NCBI GenBank assembly: GCA_000934665.2 | Contig: JYFJ02004039.1 | Coordinates: 1-35,370, forward strand | DNA from: Catajapyx aquilonaris | Taxonomy: Eukaryota | Length of the DNA stretch: 35,370 nucleotides | Reading direction: 5' to 3' | Part shown: positions 22,815 through 33,936 of the stretch, piece by piece | Position numbering within the stretch: the stretch's first letter is position 1 | How the letters are laid out: each line of letters begins with the position of its first letter | Notes under the pieces: model-generated | Told to the model about the DNA's origin: nothing | The model's input: the letters and a program-made list of their open reading frames with translations, nothing else | Database searches by the model: none | Position numbers and translations under genes: made by a program

Positions 22815-25800
22815 GTAAGCACTAGATGTAACGTATATTGGTGACACAATTCTTATACTTTTGATCACCTTGTCAATATCTCCACATGAAAGGAAACTGG
22901 AAATAGTGATGAATCGCATGTTGTCATAATAATAATTATTAAATTTAAAGTACCGTACGTAAGTGTAATACAGTAATATTTGCTTGTTTCTCGCCTACGT
23001 TGAACTTCGGGCAATATAATGGCGATATTGTTACCTTCCAAAATTGATCCACATTGTAATAATTTAACAACAACAATAATATAATTTTGGTCTCGCGAAG
23101 TGACCTATCGCGGCTGGCTGAAATTTTGGAATTTAACGCCGCTCGAGTCATTGCCACTGTTGGGCATTCCACGTGTTCACTTCGTAGATGCACTTCTTAG
23201 ATGCACTCTTAGTCGTACAGTTTAAGCAACATGTAAAGTATTAATATTTGCTCTGGTGCAGACAATCCCTGGGGCATTTCAATGGCACTGTTTTATGCCA
23301 ATGTATAAGAAGGAACTGAGCAATAAAGCATATTAAGATTTTTAACAAATTTCCACTTTTATACTAGGGTATATAGTGAGAATAAATGAATATTCCATGT
23401 TCATGCTCAACAAATGCTGGTTTAGTTAGAATAAATTTCATTTAGCGTACTCTCATACCTCTGGTCCTTCCTGGTCAATGTCCGAGTCAACGTTCACTCA
23501 TTTAGACATGTACGGAATGCCTTCTGTCACCCTATATGGGCCGCTCATTTTCACTCTCCGGGAATGCGCACTCCCGCACCGCTCCATGCTGTCAATGCAT
23601 ATAGCTCCGTAACCATTTCGTGTTCCAAAATTCCGTTTGTATCACAGATATAAGACACTATGGGCCGTATTTTGATACCAAAGTGATGGCATTTGTCTTT
23701 GGCCCTCATTTGGAATTACATTTGTTTGTAAAAATCTAGATTTTTGCCATTGATTTGCACAGATGTCGGAAAATGAACATTTTTTCCGAAAAGGTAAGAC
23801 AATTTCACATATGAAACATGTATTACATCATGCATTTACCCTGTCATGTCAATGTAATAGGGGGCGCCCCTAAATGTGATCAAAGTACAATTAGGGCTTG
23901 TGAATAGCCAACCACGCATCAGCGGGGCAAATCCTTATGGGAAAGGGCCTAACTTGACTTGGACTAAAACATATCTCACACTCACCGACTGGCAAATTTT
24001 TTCGTGCAAAAGGTGATTAACTTCACGTGGAATTGTCCTGTTATAAATATGAGTTTTGAACGGACAGTAAAACTAAATAGAAATATAACTATAACAGGAC
24101 CAGATGATGCATGTCTGTGCACAGCTGCTACTGTTGTTTAGGTGGGTGTCAAAACGCTGTCAGTTTTATTACTAAATATAAATTAAGTAGAGCTTGCGAT
24201 TATGCCGAAACCTCTAATCAGGCTGCTTTCTATAAATGTCATTTTTTCATGCCTGGATTGAATTGACTACGGTGAATAGGCCTGTACCAATATGGAATAT
24301 GGTGTGCACTAGTGATGCTGGAAATTCTCACAGATCTGGTAATTGGTAGCTAAAAGAACAATTATCATATTCGATGAGCATTAATGTTAACGCAGCTGTG
24401 AATTAGAAAACTAATTCAACACGATAAATGAAACTCAACTCGGGCACTAAATTTAGGTTGATTCGTTATTTTATGCTTTATTTCACCACTGAAAGTAGAG
24501 TGTTCACCAAGGGTTTATCTTTGATTTTAATTATACAGTAATTGGCAACGCTAAATATAACACGTTCACAAAGATAATCCTCCACACATAATGGTATACC
24601 CTCAGTGTCGCAACTGGGCCTCAATTATAGTGTGAAAATTCTCCGTATATACTGAATGAACTGTTAATGATAATAATTGTAGACTTTAAATTTTGTTGCG
24701 GTATCTAGTCCCGCGTTAGTATATATCAGTCTAGAATGGCGTGAAATAAACAGTGACAAAACCTGCCGACAACAATATGAACATACGAGATCCATTTACA
24801 CCACAAGCAACGGCCTTGTAACAGTCACCAAATGAAAAATGAGGATTAAAGAGGTTTTATTAATTTTGGAAAAAAATTCCCATCGTGAATATCAAAATCA
24901 TTTACTTACCTCATTAAAGGTGAAGGTTTTAACGTCGAAACCATGAAGTAATAGAGTTGCCTAATATATGTTACGTAGAAGAAGCCACTTTCTAAGGTGC
25001 ATACGTAAGTAAGTGGCTACATACGTAGATTAATTATTATATAGATGAGTAGAATGAGCAAGCGAAAGCGTCCGGAACTTCACGAACTTGCCAATATATA
25101 CAGTATAGTCTTATAGCAGGCAAAAGGCTGAAGGGAGTAGAAAAGCCCACTGAGGTGATAATAATAATAATCCAAGCTGCTGCACCTGTGCATGTATGAG
25201 AGCTGCGGAGAAAATAAGATGCAATGCATTAGCTAGGTGGCACTCAGGAAGACACAATTAATTATATCGTGTCAATGAAGTGTGATGAATGTAGTGCATC
25301 CGGTGAGCATGAGACTACAGGGTGTTTTGTAATGATTCCGACAAATTTCTAAGGCGAATATCTGTGTTCCAAGCCTTTTTAGAAGGATTTAGAACTTTCA
25401 AGCTTTATATCTATATTGTGCATTATAACTGAATGGATCCATCAAGGAAACAAGTAATGCGGCATAATACTGCACTGAAATTAGCACTGGATAAACTACC
25501 CTCTCACAAGTTTCAATTTTGGTCTAATTGGAGAAGAACGCGATAGAAGACGAAACACACGAAAGAAAAGTCTTTCCTGACTAGAATGATGGGAATGGAA
25601 GTCGTCAGGATTGATTAGGTTGGGTATCACCTCGTCGAGGTTTCTTCTCCACTCATTCGATTTTCCCTTCTTTGTGATTTGATTGCTGTTCCGCAATGAT
25701 TGTTTTGAGCCTATAATTGCCATTTCCTTTACAAGTTCATATTTTCTAAATAAATAAAAAAAAATAGGAAAGGGCGCATGTGCAAAATTCCAGCTTTGAT

Positions 25801-25840
25801 GTAATCGATAAAAAGTTGTAGCTGCTATTAACAATATTAC

Positions 25841-26030
25841 AGGGTCATGTAGTGGGGGAAGGCGTCAGACTCTGGAGATTCCGGTTTCGATTCACGTTGC
25901 GGGAGATTTTGGCCCAGGGTTTCTATAACTTCCTTTGGTCGGTTCCAGGCGAAGGCCTGGATGGTTCCCAAAAGGAGGCCGCAGCCGCTTCCCTTCTTTC
26001 ATCCATAGTCCCCTCAATGGCAAAAATAGA
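25841..26030 (+). mobile_element. Degenerate tRNA-derived SINE
   Basis: B-box-like GTTTCGATTC near 25883; body motif GGCCGCAGCCGCTTCCCTTC shared with the 32287-32583 element. Confidence 0.55.
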
Positions 26031-26380
26031 AATAAAGATAAGAGCGAAAACTTTCTCAAGAAAACCTACCTTATCGCGAGCAAATGGTGACATAAAAACG
26101 ACAACGCTGTATGTAAACATAAATAAAAGTGTATATTGAGGCTATACCTGTACGTATAGGTTATGAACCAATTGAATGGAGTCTTTTGTTGTTTTAGAAG
26201 AAAACCAATAAGTTAGAAAGGACTATTTCACAAGCCTCCCAAGATACAGGGTGTTACTGATTTTAAAGATAAGTTCCTGTAGTCCTACTTCGGAAAGCGC
26301 TGCAGGTTTGTAGTAAGTGGACTGTTTCTTAAAAGTACTCTTGCTACAACGCCATGTTTTCTTGTCTGTTTCTGCACAAG

Positions 26381-26545
26381 TTCGATCCCGAGGGCTTTGG
26401 AGAGATCCCGTGGGATGACTTCCTGGAGGCCTTGCAGAGTTCCGAATTCATCGCAGAGGTGGAGCCCAGCAAAAGGCAACTTTTGGCTGAGAAGGCACAT
26501 GAAAAAGCTACTTCTGCTATTACATTCCAAGACTTTGTCAACGTG
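26381..26545 (+). CDS. rho: Rhomboid-family protease, EF-hand-like N-terminal exon
   Basis: FDPEGFGEIPWDDFLEALQSSEFIAEVEPSKRQLLAEKAHEKATSAITFQDFVNV; DPEGFGEI and TFQDFVNV recalled from arthropod rhomboid (Drosophila stet/rho-2-like) N-termini; AAG acceptor, GTG|GTAAGT donor, 165 nt, phase 0/0. Exact paralog not established. Confidence 0.88.
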
Positions 26546-28799
26546 GTAAGTTAGTCACAATTTGTCCACTTTTCACGAAGCCTTTATTTTTGTGCATGCA
26601 TGCCAAAATTCCGAGTTGCTCCAACATGCATGGCACAACTATATCGCTAGCTCTTTGAAAGAGTAGAAGCCACACACTTCCATTACAGCCTATATGTAAC
26701 AAATAAATCGAGTGTAATTGATTGAACAATTTTCATTGCATTTTTAAATTATTCATCACGTTAGGTGAACATTTGGTTACAACAGCTTAATGAAATTGTG
26801 TCGAGTGACACCAATTAATTTTCACAAAAAAAAAGTTTGCCTTTGATGTGTTGTAGTGGGAGCCCAAAATTGGCGGCTTGTGGATAGTATTACCTGTGAC
26901 ATTATTTTCAAAGTTGGGCTCTTGACAGTGCTGACACTATACGCAGGAAAAGATTCTGCTTCCAGCTACTTAAATTTTATCACCAAATAGCTTCAATCCA
27001 ATGACCCCATACATTTCCAGGTGAATGTGAAGATAGTGGCTACTGCAATGAGAGAAACTTGTGTTCTTGCCTAAGGCAGACTCTCAAAGGCATAATTATG
27101 CTAGACGAGGTATTCTCTCATGTTACTGATGCATGCAAAGATGTAGGATTAGTTTGGAGGTGTATGAACCATTTCCAAAGTGGGAGAGTTTCAAGTTTCC
27201 AGTTGCTCCGACAGTAATTCTAATTTCTATACAGAGTGCTGCAGATGACTACAGTCGCCGAATTTAGTTAGGTGAAAAAAAAAAATAACTGCCATATTCA
27301 AAGTTCGGGGGGAACTTGGCGAAGATTACAGGCTGGCAGATGAAAGAAACTATAAAAATTTGCGAACTTTTTTCCCGTGCTGATTGCGTGACTGCATAGG
27401 TTTCCCATGGTCTGGATTTGCATTTACTCTTCTAGTTACGCTTTCCACACGCCGGTGAGCAATACTTCTGACAAATCCAGATGTGTTTGTCATTTTCATA
27501 CTTTTACTAGCAGGGTACCTGTCCTTCGCACATGAATTGATGAATGAATTGGATGCATGAAAGAAGTTTGTAAAACATGTATATTCGTTGAGTACACTAC
27601 TTTGCTAAGCCAGGGAAATGAGCAGTTTTGTATCTGTCCTTCAGTACAAGGTCTAATCTTCGATGGCAGCCTTGTGCGACATTATACACTCATCCCACAC
27701 AATTAGGGCACAGAATTGTAGCGTGCAAATAGCCCTCTTTACATTACACGCAGGAGTTGGCTCATCACATGGTTTAAATAAATAAACAAAACAAAAAAAA
27801 TCCACACAGAAGAGACTCTAAATAAGCTTTTAATTGTTAAGCAGTCGCTTTTGTATGGTTATTTTTAGTGTTTATCAAAAGTAATGGCTGCTAATATAAG
27901 GCCGAATCGAATAAGACATCCAATCTTTCATTTGCAATAAATTTTCGATTGTAAAATTATTGTAATTCCTTGTAATAAGTCACCAAATGTAATTGCTAGA
28001 ATCCATTGCACATCAGACCCCTTCTGCAGGCTTGATCAAAGATGGGTACACATTACCTAATTTTAGTAGCTAGTATAGGTCTACTTTTGATAACCACTAA
28101 AAGTAACTGGGCAAGAGCAATTGCATAATAATAAGAATCTTACAGTTAGTGCGAAAAATCGCAACAGAAATCGGAAATATTTGAATCACCCTGAATACCC
28201 TGAATATGCAGGGTGTTATTTAAAAACTACAGTATGCGTACTTAATAGGCGGGAGATTGGGAACAGCAAGACAAACCTTTTGAAGAATAAAGTTATATCC
28301 GATGCCATCATCCTTACAAATTATACAAATACTGTATTTACGTATATCATTATGTGACACCTATGCGAATGACGATAGATCAAAAAATTCGAATTCATAT
28401 AAAGTAAGACGAACGTAAACCTGTATAGACTACCTGTAATTTTATATCGACGACTATTACTATGAACTTTTCCATATATTTAACAAGTTGGCTACAGTTT
28501 AACCAGCGATAAAAAGTCACCTGCCTTATTCTTTTCTATTCGTATAACAGTTCATTGGAAACTGCATAATTTTAATCGGATTTGTACTCTGAAGCTGGTC
28601 CAATGGTAGCCTAACCTGTTAACATTTATGTCAAATAATGTTTGCCTAAGTCCCAAAAAGTGACTGCAAAATTATCCTGAATACTACTTGGTCACTAACC
28701 TAATCACAGATTGTGAGAGCCTGCAAGAAATAATTATGTTGTTGCAATAAGTGGGTCAAGTAGGGGAAAATGAACAAGTAGGCCTACTAAATCATTATA

Positions 28800-28960
28800 A
28801 TTATTTTGTCCTGACGCATCAACGCAGTGGTTAGTTGTGCCCACATTCTAGAGACCCCCGTTTGCCCCGGGCAAATGGGTGAGGGCGAGCAGGATGCAGG
28901 ACCGGGGCGGAGGTGGCGGGAAGGGCCCCGCACGAGGACGTGGCTGCCTGCTCATAACAA
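28800..28960 (-). mobile_element. Probable I/Nimb-like LINE 3' end fragment
   Basis: GC-rich block whose minus strand ends GGCACAACTAACCACTGCGTTGATGCGTCAGGACAAAATAA, resembling I-group 3' termini from memory; internal hairpin CCCGTTTGCCC..GGGCAAATGGG. Confidence 0.4.
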
Positions 28961-29444
28961 TTATTTATTTTTATTTATTTTTATTTTACCCCGTGCCTCC
29001 TTGGGGGATGGCACTCCACCATCAGTTTTCTTGTATACGTATATATACTTTTTTTTTTCATTCTCCGGTAGAGTTCTGGCCATATATCGAGGCAACCGCC
29101 AGCGACATTTTTCCGAAGCGGCAGAAGAAGGAATCGAAGATAAGCATGCTACAAGCCGGGCGAGCAAGATTCCTTCTTCTGCCGCTTCGGAAAAATGTCG
29201 CTGGCGGTTGCCTCGATATATGGCCAGCACTGTACAAGGAAACAAGGACATTGGGTAACCGGATAGGAATTTTCGGGGAGGGGACACGGGTGCAGGTGGT
29301 CTCTGCTTTGGGCCATGTGCACGTGCAGTCCCCCAGGAGGTAAAGTTGCCAGACACCTCTAAGATAGAGACCCTCCTGACTCCCAGTCGGGGATCGAACC
29401 TGGGACCTTTCACGCAGCAAGCCGAGACGTTACCATCTCGGCCA
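28961..29444 (-). mobile_element. tRNA-derived SINE with A-rich tail, interrupted by a MITE
   Basis: Minus strand: A box TGGCCGAGATGG (29444-29433), B box GGTTCGATCCC (29400-29390), tail (TAAAAA/TAAA)n at 28961-28988. Confidence 0.8.
29071..29232. mobile_element. Tc1-like MITE, 65-bp TIRs, TA TSD, nested in the SINE
   Basis: 29071-29135 is the reverse complement of 29168-29232 (2 mismatches near the left tip; right end CACTG); TA at 29069-29070 and 29233-29234. Confidence 0.9.
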
Positions 29445-29580
29445 TAATTAATCCAATAATTAATTAATTTAATTAAGTGATTCATAATATAATTGTCGGT
29501 GATGATTTTGTTGGTATTATTAATTATTGTTTTTATTTAAAATAATAAATTCCATTGAAGTCATCTGGTTAAAGGTGCAG

Positions 29581-29872
29581 TTTTTGGTTGTTGGTTGGTA
29601 GGAAGGGTTACCCAGCTTGTATGGCTCTGTCTCAGTCGAGCCTTGGCAGCCGGGGGTAGGAGAGGAAGGTGTGGGATTGCAAGGTAGGGTGGGTGAGAAG
29701 GGTGGGGGAGAGGAGGGCTGGCCCCGGCTGTACTGCAATGCCGGGTCCAACCCAGGGACGGGGGTGGGATATTCTCCCAAGCACCCCGTCCGACCAAGAA
29801 ATGCGAGTCAGGTCCGAGGACCGCTCGAGGAAGAGAGTACCGTCGCTGCGAACCAGCCGGGACCTCATGTGT
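29581..29872 (-). mobile_element. Short or 5'-truncated non-LTR retroposon with 13-bp TSD
   Basis: GTTAAAGGTGCAG at 29568-29580 and 29873-29885; minus-strand tail CCAACCAACAACCAAAAA abuts the TSD. Confidence 0.8.
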
Positions 29873-30530
29873 GTTAAAGGTGCAGGGTTTGTAACCCCCA
29901 GTAGTGAAAGCCTTTCCGCCCACTCTTGTGCGGCAATAATGGAAATGGCGGGAAAACGGGGTATTGACATTAAGGGTTCGAGGTATTTCAATGGCTTATT
30001 GCACGTGGAATAATAGTCCTGAGCATCATGTTAGTCTGCTACTGCTAGTGACGGAATCCGCGACCTCGTTATCGAGATAATAGGCTGCAAACATAAATGT
30101 ACAAAATATTCTGGCAGGTAACGAGTGAGGTATGCGTCCCTCCACCAACCTAGACTATTTTAATTTTAATTTTAATTTTAGCTGACACCACGCGATTGAA
30201 GGTTAACATGTTAATTCACAAGGTGTAACAGGCAGTGATCGAAACGATGGAAGTGTCGCAGGTTGTATCCAAGATGTAGAAGATTGCCTAATGCCACTTT
30301 TAGTTCACTGCTAATAGTATATTGTGCCACGCTCCTTTGTACATACAGAACTGGTGAGAATGTGCCCGCATGAATAGCTTCTTATTCATTTCAAGCATTT
30401 TAAAAGGCTGGCACAATCTCACCACACTCGACGGAGTTCGATTGTGCCGCAGAAAAGAATTCATATCTCCCCTACCTTAGCATATAAATATTATAGTTTT
30501 CACATACGATCTGAAAACAGGGGGCGGGGG

Positions 30531-30668
30531 GACTACACCCTAGACAGCGTCCCGAACGCGTTCGAGCGCGTTCGGCCGCATGGCAAAATCTACGAGTATA
30601 GGGCATGTCTGAACTATAGTCTGCACCCTGGACAGCGTCCGGAACGCATTCGAACGCGTTCGGGCGCA
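30531..30668. repeat. Two 50-bp direct repeats, each with an internal palindrome
   Basis: GACTACACCCTAGACAGCGTCCCGAACGCGTTCGAGCGCGTTCGGCCGCA (30531-30580) recurs with a few changes at 30619-30668. Confidence 0.8.
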
Positions 30669-30763
30669 GAGCATAATTTACACTTATAGGTGCGTATAGG
30701 TCATGCCTGGGTTATGTAGAATGGTTTGTGTACGTACAGATGGGTACAGAGTGGTACAGGTGT

Positions 30764-30926
30764 TATATCCGACTACATCCGACTCTATACGACTACATCC
30801 GGCTATATCCGACGCCATCCGGTTATATCCGACTTGCTATATCCGACTAAATCCAACAATATCCGACTACATCCGACTCCATCCGGTTATATCCGATTAA
30901 ATCCGGTTGTATCCAACTACATCCGG
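30764..30926. repeat. 10-bp minisatellite (TAYATCCGRY), ~16 units
   Basis: TATATCCGAC TACATCCGAC TCTATACGAC TACATCCGGC ... read directly. Confidence 0.9.
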
Positions 30927-32286
30927 CGCGGACAGGTTACGTCACGCCTAAGGACATCACTCCTGTGACGCGGTTCGAGAATAATTAAGTTTGTTCCAGA
31001 CTTTTGGAAGGCTCAGGCTCCCCTATAGAATGCACTTCTGTAACCTCCTACTTTTCAATTATCCACCAATGGGAAATGGGGGAAATGGCGGAAATGGGGT
31101 TGCCAGTTGTCAACAGATATTTCCTTGCCAGTGGAATAGGCGATACGGTAGTGTTTGTATTTCGCGGCCGGACGTGACGTCGCGATTTCACTCCTACTTT
31201 CGGAGACCTCGTGATAGATAACCACGCTTCGTAGAGCAATAGGGCCTTCACTTCCATATACTGGTTTTTCACTAGGAATCTCACTACCTGAATCTTGTGC
31301 GCCATTTACCGACCACCCTGTATGTATACAATTGTGGCCAAATTGTGACTCCCCCTAACCCACCCACAGACTTTTTTTAAATAGTTTGTATGACCCACGT
31401 GTCATTGTCATATTTTAGCAAAGACGGTGGCAATCTGGAGGGAGCAATTTCGTGCAAATAATATTCTCTAAGTACTAAAAGAGAATGCTGAAAAAGAATC
31501 GTCCCATGACTTTTATATGATATTTTCATTGCTTAAATCAGCAGGAATATTTTTTTAAATAAGACAAAAAAAAAGCCACCGAGTCAATATGCAGGGTCAA
31601 ATGTGAAATATGCACTGATTTAAAAATTCATAATCATTAAAATGTGGTCCATCGTGCCTAACTAGCTCAGACATATTTAATGTCTGGCGTTACCGTTGCA
31701 ATCTGTTCCCATATGTGCTGATGATGCCAGATCTTGTCACCATGCATGTACGTATCTCCATGTACTCGTATCTCCACAAAAAGTCAATCGGGGTAAGATC
31801 TGAGCTTCTGGGGGGCTAGGCACTGGGAAACTTCTCATTCAAGACAAGACTTCACACACTGAGAGGCCGAACAAGTGAAACTTTCCTCTGGCAAGTTTGG
31901 TTGGATGAGGCTACTTTTCATGTGCATCATCAAAAACAATGTGTGTGATGTAAAGTCCAGTCATCTTCCAAAACCTACGGGTTAGGAATGCAACGGTATG
32001 TAACTCGAGATCAGATTGAGCGGGTTTGGCTCGAGACCGAATACAGCCTTTTTTAAATTTCTCGAGCGACAAATGAAGCTCACATCGAACCAAACTAAGG
32101 TGAGACCAAAACCTTAGACATTTCTTAACATTTGAAAACTTAAATCACTGAGATATGTCTACAAGTTTTCGACTTATAGGGTTTTAAAATTGGGACATTC
32201 TTTTTCGATTTTTTTTTTAAACTTTTGATATGGTATCTCTTAAATCTAATTCTAAAGCTATCTCCAGTGTAAATAGCAATGGGTGT

Positions 32287-32583
32287 GACCGTGGTTTTCT
32301 GTGGTTTCCCATGGTCCCCCCCAGGATAATTCCGGGGTCGTTTTCTGTGAAGATAGGCCACAGCCGCTTCCTTCCGTCCCTATCCTATCCCACAAAGCTA
32401 TATAGCTTTGTGGGATAGGATAGGGACGGAAGGAAGCGGCTGTGGCCTATCTGGAACTCTTTGCTTTCATTTTACTTATATAAGTAAAATGAAAGCAAAG
32501 AGTTCCAGTCAAACCAAATTGGGATGAACTCCCCCCCCCCCTAAAGAGCCGCCGGCTGATAACGGGGTATGAATATTATTATT
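32287..32583 (+). mobile_element. 5'-truncated SINE with 15-bp TSD, containing the double palindrome
   Basis: AATAGCAATGGGTGT at 32272-32286 and 32584-32598; SINE-type body GGTTTTCTGTGGTTTCCC...GGCCACAGCCGCTTCCTTCC; (ATT)n tail. Confidence 0.75.
32351..32508. repeat. Two perfect spacerless palindromes (102 bp and 58 bp) overlapping by 2 bp
   Basis: 32351-32452 centred on GCTAT|ATAGC; 32451-32508 centred on CTTAT|ATAAG; shared CT at 32451-32452. Confidence 0.95.
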
Positions 32584-32603
32584 AATAGCAATGGGTGTCC
32601 TCN

Positions 32604-32744
32604 TCACACGTTTCAAATGGCATAAAAACTAGAGCATGTAGATGAAAACCGATTTCAGAGTTGAAATCAGCGTTGAATAAATACTTAGAATCAGTTGAAA
32701 AATCTCATGCAACAGAAAAAAATATTAATTTTTGTTCCCCAGTG
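32604..32744. mobile_element. Right end of a Chapaev3/Transib-like DNA transposon relic
   Basis: ...GATTTCAGAGTTGAAATCAGC...AAAATCTCATGCAACAGAAAAAAATATTAATTTTTGTTCCCCAGTG|TTA (CACTG-type terminus, TWA flank); family assignment from memory. Confidence 0.45.
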
Positions 32745-33220
32745 TTATTTATTATTTATTATTGATAATTCATTATTAAAATGGTCAATACTACCACCTT
32801 ATATTAACCCACCGGCCACCACACAGTTTGGATCTCTTCATGTGGACCCTTATCCATCTGCCCGTCTACGGCAATAGGGGAAAATTCATTTACGAATTAT
32901 TGTGCAGCTATTCGGTAGTCTCAATACTAACATCTTGTCCACGTGAGTGGCAATGTAACTAACAATTAAAGGTTTGGGATGCCAGTACTTATATAAGACT
33001 GAATTAATTTTATACTATATATTTAGTATTTTAATGGTGCCTTTAGCAGACAGTAGCCATGGAAGGCAGCAGAATTATAGGCGAGTCTACCTTGTCCTTG
33101 TACATGAAAGATATATTGTGTCGGAAGTATTTCTGATCCAATAACGAATGACATATCTCCAAAACTCTTTTCCGAGAGCCGCTTGAGAGAACTGACGTTT
33201 CGGAATACTCCCAATTGTCG

Positions 33221-33397
33221 TTTTCCGAAGTGCCAGCAAGCCGTAAATAAGTATTAATATATTACTCACAAAGTACGACGATGTCAGTAAATTAGTCTGG
33301 CACGCTTCTCAAGGTTCTTGTTCCGTATATTTTAGCGTATTTCATAATTAAATCAGCCTAATAGTTGGCCGGCAGTTTTACTCTAATTTCGAGTTTT
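33221..33397. mobile_element. Diverged fragment of the 3434-4804 element family lacking the nested MITEs
   Basis: AAGTACGACGATGTCAG..TCTGGCACGCTTCTCAAGG..TTCATAATTAAATCAGCCTAATAGTT aligns to 4020-4098 plus 4360-4378; 33221-33288 aligns to the reverse complement of 3941-4007. Confidence 0.75.
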
Positions 33398-33900
33398 TAA
33401 GAAGTCACACCTTGTATACATATTTGAGTCGGTGAGAATGAAAAGGTCACTAATCGGAGATATTATTGGTTGGTGTAAATCATGTAACGTACCAAAAAAT
33501 ATAAACTGCTCGTAACGGAGTGGGAGTCTCCGATTGGCGATGTAAGCAATTAGTCACCCAAGAGACGCCATCTCACAGTGAGGTGTTTGTTGACGACCAT
33601 CTCCTAGGCGATGGTGTTGCGTCATGTTGCTAATAATAGCCACGCATCTTCCAGACTTGCCTGCAACCAGACGGCCTTATAAAATTTCTTGAATATATAT
33701 GAAATCCTTGTAAATAATCAAATGATAAATTAATTGATTACAATAAATGCAAATACCATAAAACAAACTGAAAAAATACTATACGAAATAAATTAGAATG
33801 TAATGATAAGAAATAACATACGGTAATGAAACTTAAGATATTGCGCACACTATTAAGCTGTAAACAAGAGATGCGAGCAAAAAGATGATTTCGATGATAC

Positions 33901-33936
33901 TTGACGAAACGCGATAAATGTATCGCGTTTCGTCAA
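33901..33936. repeat. 36-bp hairpin (16-bp perfect arms)
   Basis: TTGACGAAACGCGATA-AATG-TATCGCGTTTCGTCAA. Confidence 0.8.

Noticed and set aside
23656..23700. CACTATGGG Transib-like terminus
   Set aside because: No partner TIR or TSD found.
29370..29444. tRNA gene
   Set aside because: A and B boxes are present, but there is no complete acceptor stem and the sequence continues into a SINE body with an A-rich tail.
28827..30013. Stack of 86-174-aa ORFs on both strands
   Set aside because: Explained by GC-rich SINE, MITE and retroposon sequence; mirrored peptides arise from the MITE palindrome.
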